Shown one piece after another: positions 26,442 through 36,306 of a DNA stretch of 64,000 bases (position 1 is the stretch's first letter; the number at the start of each line of letters is the position of its first letter). The notes beneath the pieces were generated by a model, which was given only the letters and a program-made list of their open reading frames with translations, searched no databases and had not been told where the DNA came from. The stretch is from the NCBI RefSeq assembly GCF_000143415.4, contig NW_003314441.1, positions 37,042 through 101,041 on the forward strand, read 5' to 3'. A program made the position numbers and the translations under genes. Source of the DNA: Selaginella moellendorffii (taxonomy: Eukaryota > Plantae > Lycopodiophyta).

Positions 26442-26894
26442 CAGTTTATGGTCGATGGGATGGTTACCGTGTGATCGTCCACGACAAATTTTGTGAGCAC
26501 TCCACTTGGAAGAACGACATGTAAGAGAGAAAGAGAGAGGGAAGTGAACACTCTGTAAGAGGTGAATGTAACGAAGTTCCATTCACCCGGAGCAGGAACG
26601 AGTGATAAACAGAGAGAAAGAGAGAACGCTCTGTGCGAGCTGAATGTTAACAAAACTCTATTCATCCCGGAGCAAGGCAAATAGCGTTTGCAGATGTAAG
26701 CGATCTAGGGTTCGAATCGCGGTACCACTTTCCCTCCATTTTCCCAGGAGCGCGAGAGCTTTGTTAAGTCGCATGATGTCAATGGCGCCTAGCTAGGGTT
26801 CTTTCCAGCGGCCGGAGCACAGCACAGCAAAGGTGAGAGATTTCCCCCCTTTGTCTTGCTCCTCACAGCAATGGCGCAGCGATCTGGCTGTGCG

Positions 26895-29384
26895 ATGGGG
26901 ATCCAGGGCCTTCTTCCGGCGCTCAAATCCATCACGACATCGACGAATGTGAAAGAGTACTCGGGCATGAGGGTCGCTGTAGACACTTACTCGTGGCTGC
27001 ACAAGGCCGCATTTAGTTGTAGCAAGGACATTTGCGATGGTCGGGCGACAGCCAGGTGTGTGTAGCTCACCGAGGCCTCTTCTTCTTTCTTACTCTTACA
27101 ACCAGAGCTTGCTTAGCAGCTTTCTGAACTACTGCATGCACCGCGTGAATCTCTTGCGACACCATGGGATCAAACCTTTGCTGGTTTTCGATGGAGGCTC
27201 ATTGCCAATGAAAGCCGAGCAAGAAGAAAAGCGCTCCAGGTAACTTCACGTCTATCTCCGCATCGCATTTTGAAGTTTCCATTCCAGAGCCAGGGAAGAG
27301 CATCTAAAGCTCGCTCGTGAATGCGAAGCATCTGGAAATCATGCTGCAGCCTACGATCACTATCAAAAGGCAGTAGACATTACTCCCGAAGTTGCGCACC
27401 AGCTTATCCTGGTTAGTAATGCAAAATCACATGTCTGTTTTGCAAATGTTGTTTAAGGCTATCAGGTCCTTCGCAGAGAAAATGTGGAATACATTGTCTC
27501 TCCGTATGAAGCCGATGCACAGATGGCCTTTCTGGCACTGCGCGGTGTTGTTGACGCTGTAATCACTGAAGACTCGGACCTGGTTGCGTACGGTTGTCCA
27601 AAGGTTTTGAAACGCTTGGTGTTATCTTCTCTTTCATGCTAAAGATCAAACAATCTGGCAGATCCTTTTCAAAATGGACAAGAATGGTCAAGGTTTTGAG
27701 CTTCAGTATGCTGACCTGGTGAAGAACAGGGACTTGAATCTGACGAGTTTCACAAAGAGGATGATGCTGGAAATGTGCATCCTTAGTGGCTGCGACTACT
27801 TGCCATCTTTGCAAGGCATGGGAGTGAAAAGAGCTCATAATTTAATCCGCAGATTTCGAAGCTACGAGAAGGTATGGCACTCTATGTTCTTCAGACGTAG
27901 AATGACTTGGTTCCTTTCAGGTGATTAGACACTTGAAATTTTCGGGTGTAATGATACCGAAGTCTTACGAAGAAGGCTTCAGAAAGGCATTGCTTACTTT
28001 TTGTCATCACCTTGTCTATGATCCTACGCAAGATGAATTGGTGCACCTTACTGAACTTCCCGCCGACTGCAGCGAAGAGGTGGAGTTTCTCGGACCATAT
28101 CCTTTTAAAAGTCTATGCATTCTACACTCGGAACTTAACTCCGACAAACAAAGCTTTCCCGAAGTCTCGTGCAGCAGATTGTCCGAGGCGTCATACATCC
28201 GGAAACTCATGCTCCACTTCAGGTATACTAGGCTTTGTATTGTCCCGTATGCTAATCACCGTGTGCTAACAAGCTTGCTGAGCCGTCACAGTCTTTATGC
28301 GAAGATAGAAAGCCAATTGCAAAACAAAAAGAACAAAAGCGTCTCAACTTACCTGCGCAGAGGAATGTGCTGACAAACTATTTCAGTATCCACAGCAAAA
28401 GTGTTCTTGATGATAGAGCATTCATTTCCTTAGCCGATGCAGTTTCGAAGTCGGAGGCATCAACACAGCAGTTCAAGGCTCCAAGAGCTTCAGACTCTCC
28501 TGAGAAAGCGGAAATGGAAAGCGAGTCCCTTGCAGGTCCTGCGAGTTGTTTGAGCCCCAGGACACCAAATTCGAGCCCTGACCGCCATCATGTTGTTCGT
28601 TTCACTTCCAACGAGGTGCAATGTAGCTTGAAAATAGAGGTAAGGGCTGGTCCGTTATTTTGTGAAGCTTACCGGATATGCTGTTCTGTTTGCAGGAGGA
28701 TACAGAAATTCGTCATGGCAACAAGAGAATCTGCCTTGAATATGGTAGGCGTTATGTCTTACTTTACTTTGCTTGTCCTTTTCCCTGATCCTTTTCTATC
28801 CTTAGAGGAGGAATCAAGCAACGACTCAGACTGTGATATGAGCCAAGAACAGTCTGCGAAGGTGTACTCGATGCAGCAGCGAAGGTTTGTTGCACGGGGT
28901 AACTATGTTGTTTCCAGGCCATCGAACGTCAATGACGAGAACGCAATGCGGGTGAGGTGTGTCCTTGTTTCTTGCGGGTCCCTGACGTACTGATCTCCAG
29001 CAAGGAATTAAGAAGGTTAGGAAGGCGGGAACTTCCAAGCCCTGCTCGAAGGCAATGAGAGGTAAGCTGGTCTTATCGTACGTAGTAGAACTCGCAAACT
29101 AAAATGTTCCATCAGGGAAGAGGTCTCCACCTGCGGAGGCATCGCTTCCGAAGTTCAGCAGCAGTCTACTTGGTGTAAACATGGAGAAAACCGCCACACT
29201 CTCTGCAAACGTCGACCATACACAGCGATACTCAGCCATTGCTCAAGAGTCGATTGAAAAGTTTGCGCAGACGATATCCGCGTTTGCTCATGGTGCTCGA
29301 GTGAGCGGGCTGCGCCGACCACCGCTGAAGAGCAACTTGACAAACATCAACAGGTACGTAGAGAATAAATCCGAGGCAAGATAA
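26895..29384 (+). CDS. EXO1: Exonuclease 1 (XPG/Rad2 family), multi-exon, with two U12-type introns
   Basis: [55 protein letters not shown]. Confidence 0.95.
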
Positions 29385-29548
29385 GCACTTGTGCTGCTTG
29401 CGCAGGGAGGAAGATGGACTATTTAACAGGGGCCTGGTAGCTAATTTGTGGCAGCTATAGAAACCGAGAGTCGAACCGAGGACCACTGGTCCTATATATA
29501 TATATATATATTTCAGAGCGACGCCTCTTTTCTAGTTTTAGGGCAGCA

Positions 29549-30160
29549 ATGTGCAAAGCAATGGGAGGGTACCTGATCAAAGGCAAGGAGAACATTGCGT
29601 CGGTGAGGCGCGCGGCATCGTCCAACGCCTCTCCTCTCGCGGACAACGGGCAGTCGAGGAGGTGCGCAACAATTCCAACAACCAGGCAAGCGCAAGCAGC
29701 TGGGGGCGGGTGTGACACGAGTGACCTGTGCGGCGATGGCGTCCTTGACATGGATTGCTCGCAGCCGAGCAGCAGCAGTAGCAGCAGCTGCCACTGGATG
29801 GACAATGGGCCTGACCTGCTGAGAAAGCGAGGGCTCCAAGGCGGCGAGGCTGGTGGCCCAAGGGCATGGAAGAGGAGGAGGGTTGCGACGCTGAACAAGA
29901 GGCGGGGCCACAGGGACGAAGAGGGTGGTGGTGGTGGGAAGCGCGCAAAGACGACGGCAACAACAAGACCACCTTGGTGGAATGCGAGCGAGCGAGACGA
30001 GGAGCGAGCCAAGAAGAGGCAAAAGGTCGTGGACAAGAAGAGGAAGCGGTGCGAGCAAGGAGGGGAGAGCAGCATTGGCGTCAAGGCCGGCTTTGGCGAT
30101 CCAAGTGCCGCCCAAGTCCAAATCCAGCAGCACCGTTTTGCTCAGGCGCTGCTTTTGTAG
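29549..30160 (+). CDS. Possible orphan basic, low-complexity protein
   Basis: Uninterrupted 203-aa ORF after a (TA)n tract, with a KEN motif and several KR clusters. No recognised domain. Confidence 0.35.
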   Translation: MCKAMGGYLIKGKENIASVRRAASSNASPLADNGQSRRCATIPTTRQAQAAGGGCDTSDLCGDGVLDMDCSQPSSSSSSSCHWMDNGPDLLRKRGLQGGEAGGPRAWKRRRVATLNKRRGHRDEEGGGGGKRAKTTATTRPPWWNASERDEERAKKRQKVVDKKRKRCEQGGESSIGVKAGFGDPSAAQVQIQQHRFAQALLL

Positions 30161-30298
30161 AAATTCGTTATCTTGTTTTTATAAAGTGGAGTGGATGCTT
30201 TATTAAATCAAATTCAAAGGGCAGTACTGCCAGGTGGAAGTGGCAGCGCAGTTGACCGTCTGCCCGCGGGCAGCCCGCCCTTCTCCCCTTTGCTGCTC

Positions 30299-30306
30299 TT
30301 TCCCGC
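30299..30306 (+). promoter_or_regulatory. E2F-binding site upstream of the TSO1/CPP gene
   Basis: TTTCCCGC is the canonical E2F consensus; further GCGGGA cores at about 30355 and 30363. Confidence 0.5.
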
Positions 30307-30709
30307 GCCTGCGTTTTGTGAAAAGAAAAAGGGTTGCTAAATAGGCGAGAGCGTGCGGGAAGGCGGGAGCCAGCCAGCCAGCGATGCCCACCCATGCCCT
30401 ACCCTAAGCTCAACCCTATACCCTCTCCCTCCCTGGCTCTGCTGGCGGACAAGAAGAGTGGAGCTCGGATCTAGCGCACGGGCCGCGCCCCGCCGCCGAA
30501 TCTCTGTGGTTTTGGGGCTCATCTCGCGCCCCGCCAATGCCTGCCACGGATCGGGGCATGGCGCCTAGAGGGTTTGTTGGATCTCGCTTCTTGGCATGAG
30601 CAAGGTACGCTGCTGATGATCTAGGGTCGCAGAATGCCCCGCATTTTCACACATCGTCCGTGGCCGCGCAAACAATTTGCTCACATTGCCCTTGTCTCAG
30701 GTGCATGGC

Positions 30710-33278
30710 ATGGATTCTCCTAAACGGGAGCAGTGTCTGCCTCCCTGCGGGGAACTCCAGGTGAGTATGACATCCTCTCTCCTCGCTCATCCAGCCGCTA
30801 GCTCTGCTGTGCAGGGGTCTCCACTGTTTAAGTTCCTGTGTAGCCTTTCTCCTATCAAGCAGGCCAAGTCCGCTCATGTCGCCCAGACGTACTCGGAACT
30901 AAGCTTCCCAGCACCTCTTCCAGTCTTCGTCTCCCCCAAAAAGAAGAGGTGAGGAGCTGCCTACGTTGGCCTTGGTACCATGTCTCTCACGTGTGCTGCT
31001 CAGAGAACGCGCTGGAGTTGCTCGCACTAGCGGCCCTACTTCTCGCGAGTCCGAAACGACTGAGGCGTCCGATTTAACTTGCTCACCTCCTGCAGAAGAA
31101 GTGCTCACCCAGCAACAGAAAAACACGTCCGATACATCAGCAGACGCTACCGAAGAAATACCCTCCAAACAAGATGCAACGCTGGCTAGTTTTCTTCCTG
31201 GCCAAGACCATACCCCCGAGGGTGCAGCGTCATTCAAGGACTTGGGTGACGAGCCGGACAGTGAGGCTGCCAATTTGGAGGTTGCAAACATGGAAAAGCT
31301 GGCAATTACTGGACACACCGATCACACAGACTCTACTGTCGAAGATGTGCGGGTAAGCCAGCGAATGCACATTCCAAAGCATCTGACCGTTTCTTTGTCC
31401 CGGCTTGCAGACGAGTAGGAACCAGCGGGGAGCCAGACGGAGATGCCTGGATTTTCAGTCCGACTCGCAAGGGTCGAATGCCGAAAATCTTAGCTGCATT
31501 GTGTCCCCTGGTGTCTCCTCGACGCCAACCTCCGGGCCAGAGTCTCTTAGTACGCTTATTAGCAGTTTGTCCGGTTCTGCATGCTCTGATTCTTGTAAGA
31601 AGCTCATGCGGGAGGCCGTCCCATCTGGTATCGGTTTGCATCTCAACAGTCTGGGACTGCTCACGGCACCACGAGGGGTTTCACTTCAGTCGCTCGTATC
31701 GTGCTCGCAAGAGATGCAAAGTGCTGAAGGATTTGCCTTGTGTGGACAAGGTCCTATGAACTTGCGGCCTGGCCTTTTGTTCTCAGTCGTGGAGAAGACA
31801 AGAATGGAGCAGGAGGTGCAAGGTACTTCTGGTTCCCAGGAAGGCTTACTTACGTCAACTACGTGCGTCCGATCTCTTACGCTTGGTATTCAAGCAATGG
31901 ACGAGGGTACTCCGTTTGGGATTGAACAGGTGGTGACACCAGGGAGGAAGCGCTTGTCAATGCAAAGCGATTCCATGGATGGTGAAATGGGCCGGACTCC
32001 TAAAAAGAGGAGGTAGTATCTCATATTCTTATGGCTTTGCAAACTTATCTTGCTTGCAGGAAGTCTCTTGGAGAAAAAGCTGGCGACGGCTGCAAGCGAT
32101 GTCACTGCAAAAAGTCGAAGTGCCTAAAACTGTGAGATTGCATTGCATGTGGCTTTGAAGGTTTCTGACGATTTGCTTAACAGATATTGCGAATGCTTTG
32201 CCGCTGGAGTCTATTGCCTTGACTCTTGCGCCTGTCGGGACTGCTTCAACAAGCCCGAGTTTGCTGACACAGTCATGGGAACCCGTCAGCAAATCGAAAC
32301 TCGTAATCCATTAGCATTTGCTCCCAAAATTGTACAGACATCTGATAACACACCGACGGAAGGGGTTGGTATCTGGTTTTCGCCCTCGCGACATGCCATG
32401 ACTAACAGCCTCTTTTGCATTGCAGCCCAATTGCCCCGATACAACAGGATCTGCTAGGCACAAGCGCGGCTGTAACTGCAAGAAGTCGCTGTGTCTGAAA
32501 AAGTACTGCGAATGCTACCAGGTACAATCAAGTCAAGTCTTTCTGCTTATACTTACCATGTGCGCTTGGTTTTCATCTGTCTAAAGGCTGGCGTTGGCTG
32601 TTCGGATGGATGCAAGTGTAATGGCTGCAAAAACATTTACGGCATCAAGAAAGGCACGTCTTTCCTGCTGGTTTCATGTTTCGATTTTGACGGTTGTCTC
32701 TGTTCCAGCTCAAGACGAAGCTGATCCATTGGAAGACCCACTCCAGATCAATAGCAACAGTTCTTTAACCAGCCTCAGCCCAATAACCCCCACGCTGATC
32801 CAGCATGCATCTGTGTAAGACGTGCTTCCTGTTTTTTCATTTTTGATGAATGACGTTGGTTACTTTGTGTAGATGCACCAGCATTGTGCCATGCGACTCG
32901 ACAAATACGCCTTCATCGACAACTCCAGCCACATCAGTGAGCAAGCTCATGGACTCCAACAGCTTGGCTTGGGACGAGACCCCCGAGTTTCTGAGAGCCC
33001 CGCGCTCGTCTCCCAGGTCGATGCTCAACGACCTGCTGTCGTCAGACGAAGCTCCCGAGTTCATGAGAGCTGAGCGCTCGTCTCCCAGGTCGGGGATCAA
33101 GGGCTCGCCAAAGCAAAAGCGAGTGGCCCCTCCCAACGCCGGCCTGCTCGCCGCTGGTGGCGCCCCGTCGTCTTCCTCGGTCCTCAAGAGCGGCAGGAAG
33201 CTCACTCTGCAATCACTCCCGTCACTTCCGCCGGTGACACCGTTTTCGTTTCCACACCAGGGATGCAAACGTAGCTGA
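30710..33278 (+). CDS. Tesmin/TSO1-like CXC (CPP) protein, multi-exon
   Basis: [15 protein letters not shown]-terminus; [32 protein letters not shown] hinge, [21 protein letters not shown]; C-terminal [12 protein letters not shown]. Confidence 0.92.
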
Positions 33279-33522
33279 AGGAAAAGGCCGCGCTCCTTCA
33301 CTTTCGGTAAAACAAACTTGTATTTGTATGGACCAAGTGGGATGCTGCCTGTCCCAAAGTGAGATATATATATATATATATATATAGAGTGAAATGGTCC
33401 TCGTTGACTGTCCAAGCAGAATGTCAACGGGGTGGCACGTCTTTGACGAGGGATGGGGCATGTTCGATCAGCTGGCCGCAAGAAGAGGACATGACTTTGC
33501 TCGAAGTTCGTCGCTATGGATG

Positions 33523-33530
33523 TATAAAAG
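33523..33530 (+). promoter_or_regulatory. TATA box of the CLE-like gene
   Basis: TATAAAAG about 60 nt upstream of the ATG at 33589. Confidence 0.55.
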
Positions 33531-33588
33531 GAGCGTCCTTCTCTTTTGGGATGCGGCACTGGACACTCTATTCACATTCTTGCCTTTA

Positions 33589-33806
33589 ATGATGCCAATC
33601 ACAGCGGATTTTCGAAGGCAATGCTGCTGGTGCTTGATCCTTGTTTCTTTTGTTGCTTTGGCGATGATCCAGGTGGTGGAGGCCTCCGGAAGTAAGCCAC
33701 TCACTCACCCGTAAGCCTACCAGTTTCTAACACTGTTGTTATTGCAGAAAGGCATTGCGCTCGAAGGTGTGTGCCTTCTGGACCCGATCCATCGGGTAAC
33801 AAGTAA
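33589..33806 (+). CDS. CLE: CLE-like secreted peptide precursor, 53 aa, 2 exons (33589-33691, 33748-33806)
   Basis: Splicing GTAAG (33692)...CTAAC...TGCAG (33747) gives MMPITADFRRQCCWCLILVSFVALAMIQVVEASGKRHCARRCVPSGPDPSGNK*, a signal peptide plus the dodecamer RCVPSGPDPSGN. Confidence 0.78.
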
Positions 33807-33936
33807 CCCAAAATGCAGCCACCAAAATGTTGTAAATAAATAATCGGGCAACAAGTATGCTTGTAAATAATAATACACTTGAAAAGTTTTTGGTTGACCA
33901 TGCGGACGGGCTAGGGTCTTCTTGTTAAGGGCAGCG

Positions 33937-35001
33937 ATGGTGGTGCGCTACAGCCGAGAGGAGCTCCAGGCGCTGAGGCACGACGCCTCGGAGGAACTGC
34001 CCGCGGGTGTAGATGCCGCAGGTATGCTCCATGACAATGTGGTGGTGAGGAGCAAGAGGAAGCGACGTAGGCCTTCTAGGGCTAGCAGCAGCAGCAACAA
34101 CAAGCGCAGGAGAGTGTCGGCCGATTCTGACGAAGATGGGGATTTTGGGGGGATGTTTGACGAAGAAAACACCGTCTTCCCGGGCTTCTTGGAGGGCCAC
34201 GATGGCGATTACAACATTGAAGACGACGAGGACGACTACCAAGACCTTGGGCCGATCCAGAAGGTCGCTTTCGTGGTAGAGGGAGAGCCCGACTTCGACA
34301 AGGAGGAACCAGACGATGGATGGGAGTACGTGCGTCGTGTCAAGTGGGAGGCAGCAAGGTACCCAGCCGTCAAAGTTGCTACCATCTCTCCCCAACACTC
34401 TGTGGACAAACGAACTCACTACGTCCCAGTGGTTCCGGCTATTTCGGCTTGCGATCCTCAGCTCCTGCCAACACAGGACTGGGAAGCCAAGTTCTTGCTC
34501 ACTTTCGCCAGCCTCAGGTCTAGGTTCGAAGCTCGCGAGCCAAGCTCGTCTCACAGGCCCGTGCCGCACATGAAAGACGACTGTGGATGGAAGGCTCTGT
34601 GCTTTGGCAAGGGAGGTGGTGGTGTGGAGGATGGCGTCCCCGTGGCCGAGGAGCTGGAGGAATTTGGTGCCGGGCCACTGCTTTTCTACCGGGGAGAGCT
34701 CCACACTCTGCTCGACTTGGATGAAGTGAGTCGAGCAGATCTGCTGCAAAAGCACATAAGGTGGTTTCAAGGCTTGGATCACCTCCCCCACGACAGGGCA
34801 GTGTGGCTCTTTGCCTTGACTGCAGCCGTGGGCAAGCCCATTGATGCAGAGACGAGCTTTGCCCTGAGGACGCTATTGAGAAGCTGCGCTGCAATCCGAG
34901 CTTCCAAAACGTTTAAAGACCAAGGCGAGCTCCAGATGCTCAACATGATTATCACAGTTGCTGGTAAATACTTTGGACAGGATGACAGTCATTGCTTATA
35001 A
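33937..35001 (+). CDS. GEMIN2: Gemin2/SIP1 (SMN complex), intronless
   Basis: EGEPDF...PDDGWEYVRRVKWEA...VKVA; WLFALTAAV.KP..AET..ALRTLLR; LNMIITVAGKYFGQ. Confidence 0.9.
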   Translation: MVVRYSREELQALRHDASEELPAGVDAAGMLHDNVVVRSKRKRRRPSRASSSSNNKRRRVSADSDEDGDFGGMFDEENTVFPGFLEGHDGDYNIEDDEDDYQDLGPIQKVAFVVEGEPDFDKEEPDDGWEYVRRVKWEAARYPAVKVATISPQHSVDKRTHYVPVVPAISACDPQLLPTQDWEAKFLLTFASLRSRFEAREPSSSHRPVPHMKDDCGWKALCFGKGGGGVEDGVPVAEELEEFGAGPLLFYRGELHTLLDLDEVSRADLLQKHIRWFQGLDHLPHDRAVWLFALTAAVGKPIDAETSFALRTLLRSCAAIRASKTFKDQGELQMLNMIITVAGKYFGQDDSHCL

Positions 35002-35043
35002 GAAAAAGGAGGGAAAATTCTAGAAAAGCGCGTTCCTTCCTAC

Positions 35044-36213
35044 TTAGATGGTATTTAGCTTCTTCTCCAGCAGCTCCTCCTCCACCTCGCAGTAGTCCAT
35101 TGCCAGCTTGAGCCGTCTCTTCATGCTCGAGTACTCAGCAATTTGGTCCTCCAAGTTCCTCTTGCGGCTCTCCCGCGATCCTGCCTTGGTCAGCTCGCTT
35201 CCCAGCTTATGGCTTGCCATGACGGAGTGTAGCAGTGAAGCCGCTATGGTGAGCACCGGATCCGAGCTCATGGCGGTTCCTCCATCGCCACCCTTGAGTG
35301 CCGCCTTGAGTTCGTCGCCAACTCTGTCTTCGCCACCCTTCTTGGCCGGAGTCATCTCCACGTCTCCATTGCTGTCCTCGCCAGCATGGTCGGCCGGGAG
35401 ATCTCGCCCCCACAGCTGCTTGAACACGGCCTGCAGTGCATCCACGGCCTGGCTTCGCTTCCGCCCACCCGGCTTGCTGCTCTCGTACTTGTCAAACTTG
35501 GCCTTCATGCGCCGGTGCTTGTCGAATATCTGTTCCTTGGTGAAATCGGTGGACAGCTTCCCCTTGAGCGAGTGGCAAAGCTCCTCCCAGTAAGGGTCCG
35601 TCTTGGGCTTGTCGTGGAAGTCGGAGCCGGCCTTGAGATCGTCCAGCATTTGCTGTGCCAGAATGCTCTCGTCTTTGGCCACCCACAGGCCCTTCTTCGG
35701 CCCCGACTTGGGCTGCTGCGGTGCGTCCGTGCCAGCGCCATCCTTATCTTGTTGCTGCTGCTGCTGCGCCTGTGATGCTGGGGCCGCTGGTGCTGGCACT
35801 GCTGGCGGCGGCGGCGGTGGTGGCGGCGGTGCTACTACTGTGTCAGTCTCTTCACTAGACCTGTCCACGCTTTGACGCTTCTTAGCCTTGCGAGCAGCCT
35901 TAGTCTCCTTCTCCTTGTTGTCCCTCTCCTTTTCCTTGAGGTTCTCCCTCTCCTTCCCTTTGTCCTCCTTCTTCACCACTTTGTTGGGCTTCTTGGGCGG
36001 GGGCGGGGGCGGCTCTGGCGCCTTGACAACCTCCGTGCTGCTGTCATCCGACTCCGACTCCGTCTCCGTCTCCGACTCTTCCTTGGCCGGGACCGCGACC
36101 TTCTGAGCTGCCACTGCCTTCTTCACTTCCTTGGGAGCCGGGGGAGGAAGAGGGGCGGTGTCGTCGGAGCTCTCGTCAGCTAGGATGCTCTCTCTCGTTT
36201 TCTTCTTCGCCAT
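35044..36213 (-). CDS. GeBP/STOREKEEPER-like DNA-binding protein
   Basis: LWVAKDESILAQQMLD...FTKEQIFDKHRRMKAKF...FKQLWG core; acidic, Pro-rich N-terminus and coiled-coil C-terminus. Confidence 0.75.
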   Translation of the reverse strand: MAKKKTRESILADESSDDTAPLPPPAPKEVKKAVAAQKVAVPAKEESETETESESDDSSTEVVKAPEPPPPPPKKPNKVVKKEDKGKERENLKEKERDNKEKETKAARKAKKRQSVDRSSEETDTVVAPPPPPPPPPAVPAPAAPASQAQQQQQQDKDGAGTDAPQQPKSGPKKGLWVAKDESILAQQMLDDLKAGSDFHDKPKTDPYWEELCHSLKGKLSTDFTKEQIFDKHRRMKAKFDKYESSKPGGRKRSQAVDALQAVFKQLWGRDLPADHAGEDSNGDVEMTPAKKGGEDRVGDELKAALKGGDGGTAMSSDPVLTIAASLLHSVMASHKLGSELTKAGSRESRKRNLEDQIAEYSSMKRRLKLAMDYCEVEEELLEKKLNTI

Positions 36214-36306
36214 TCTGACAAGAGACCACGAGTAACAAGCTCACCTTGCTCCGCCGATAAAGGAACCCTAGCTATAAAACCTTGACAGAATATTTTCTGG
36301 AATTAA

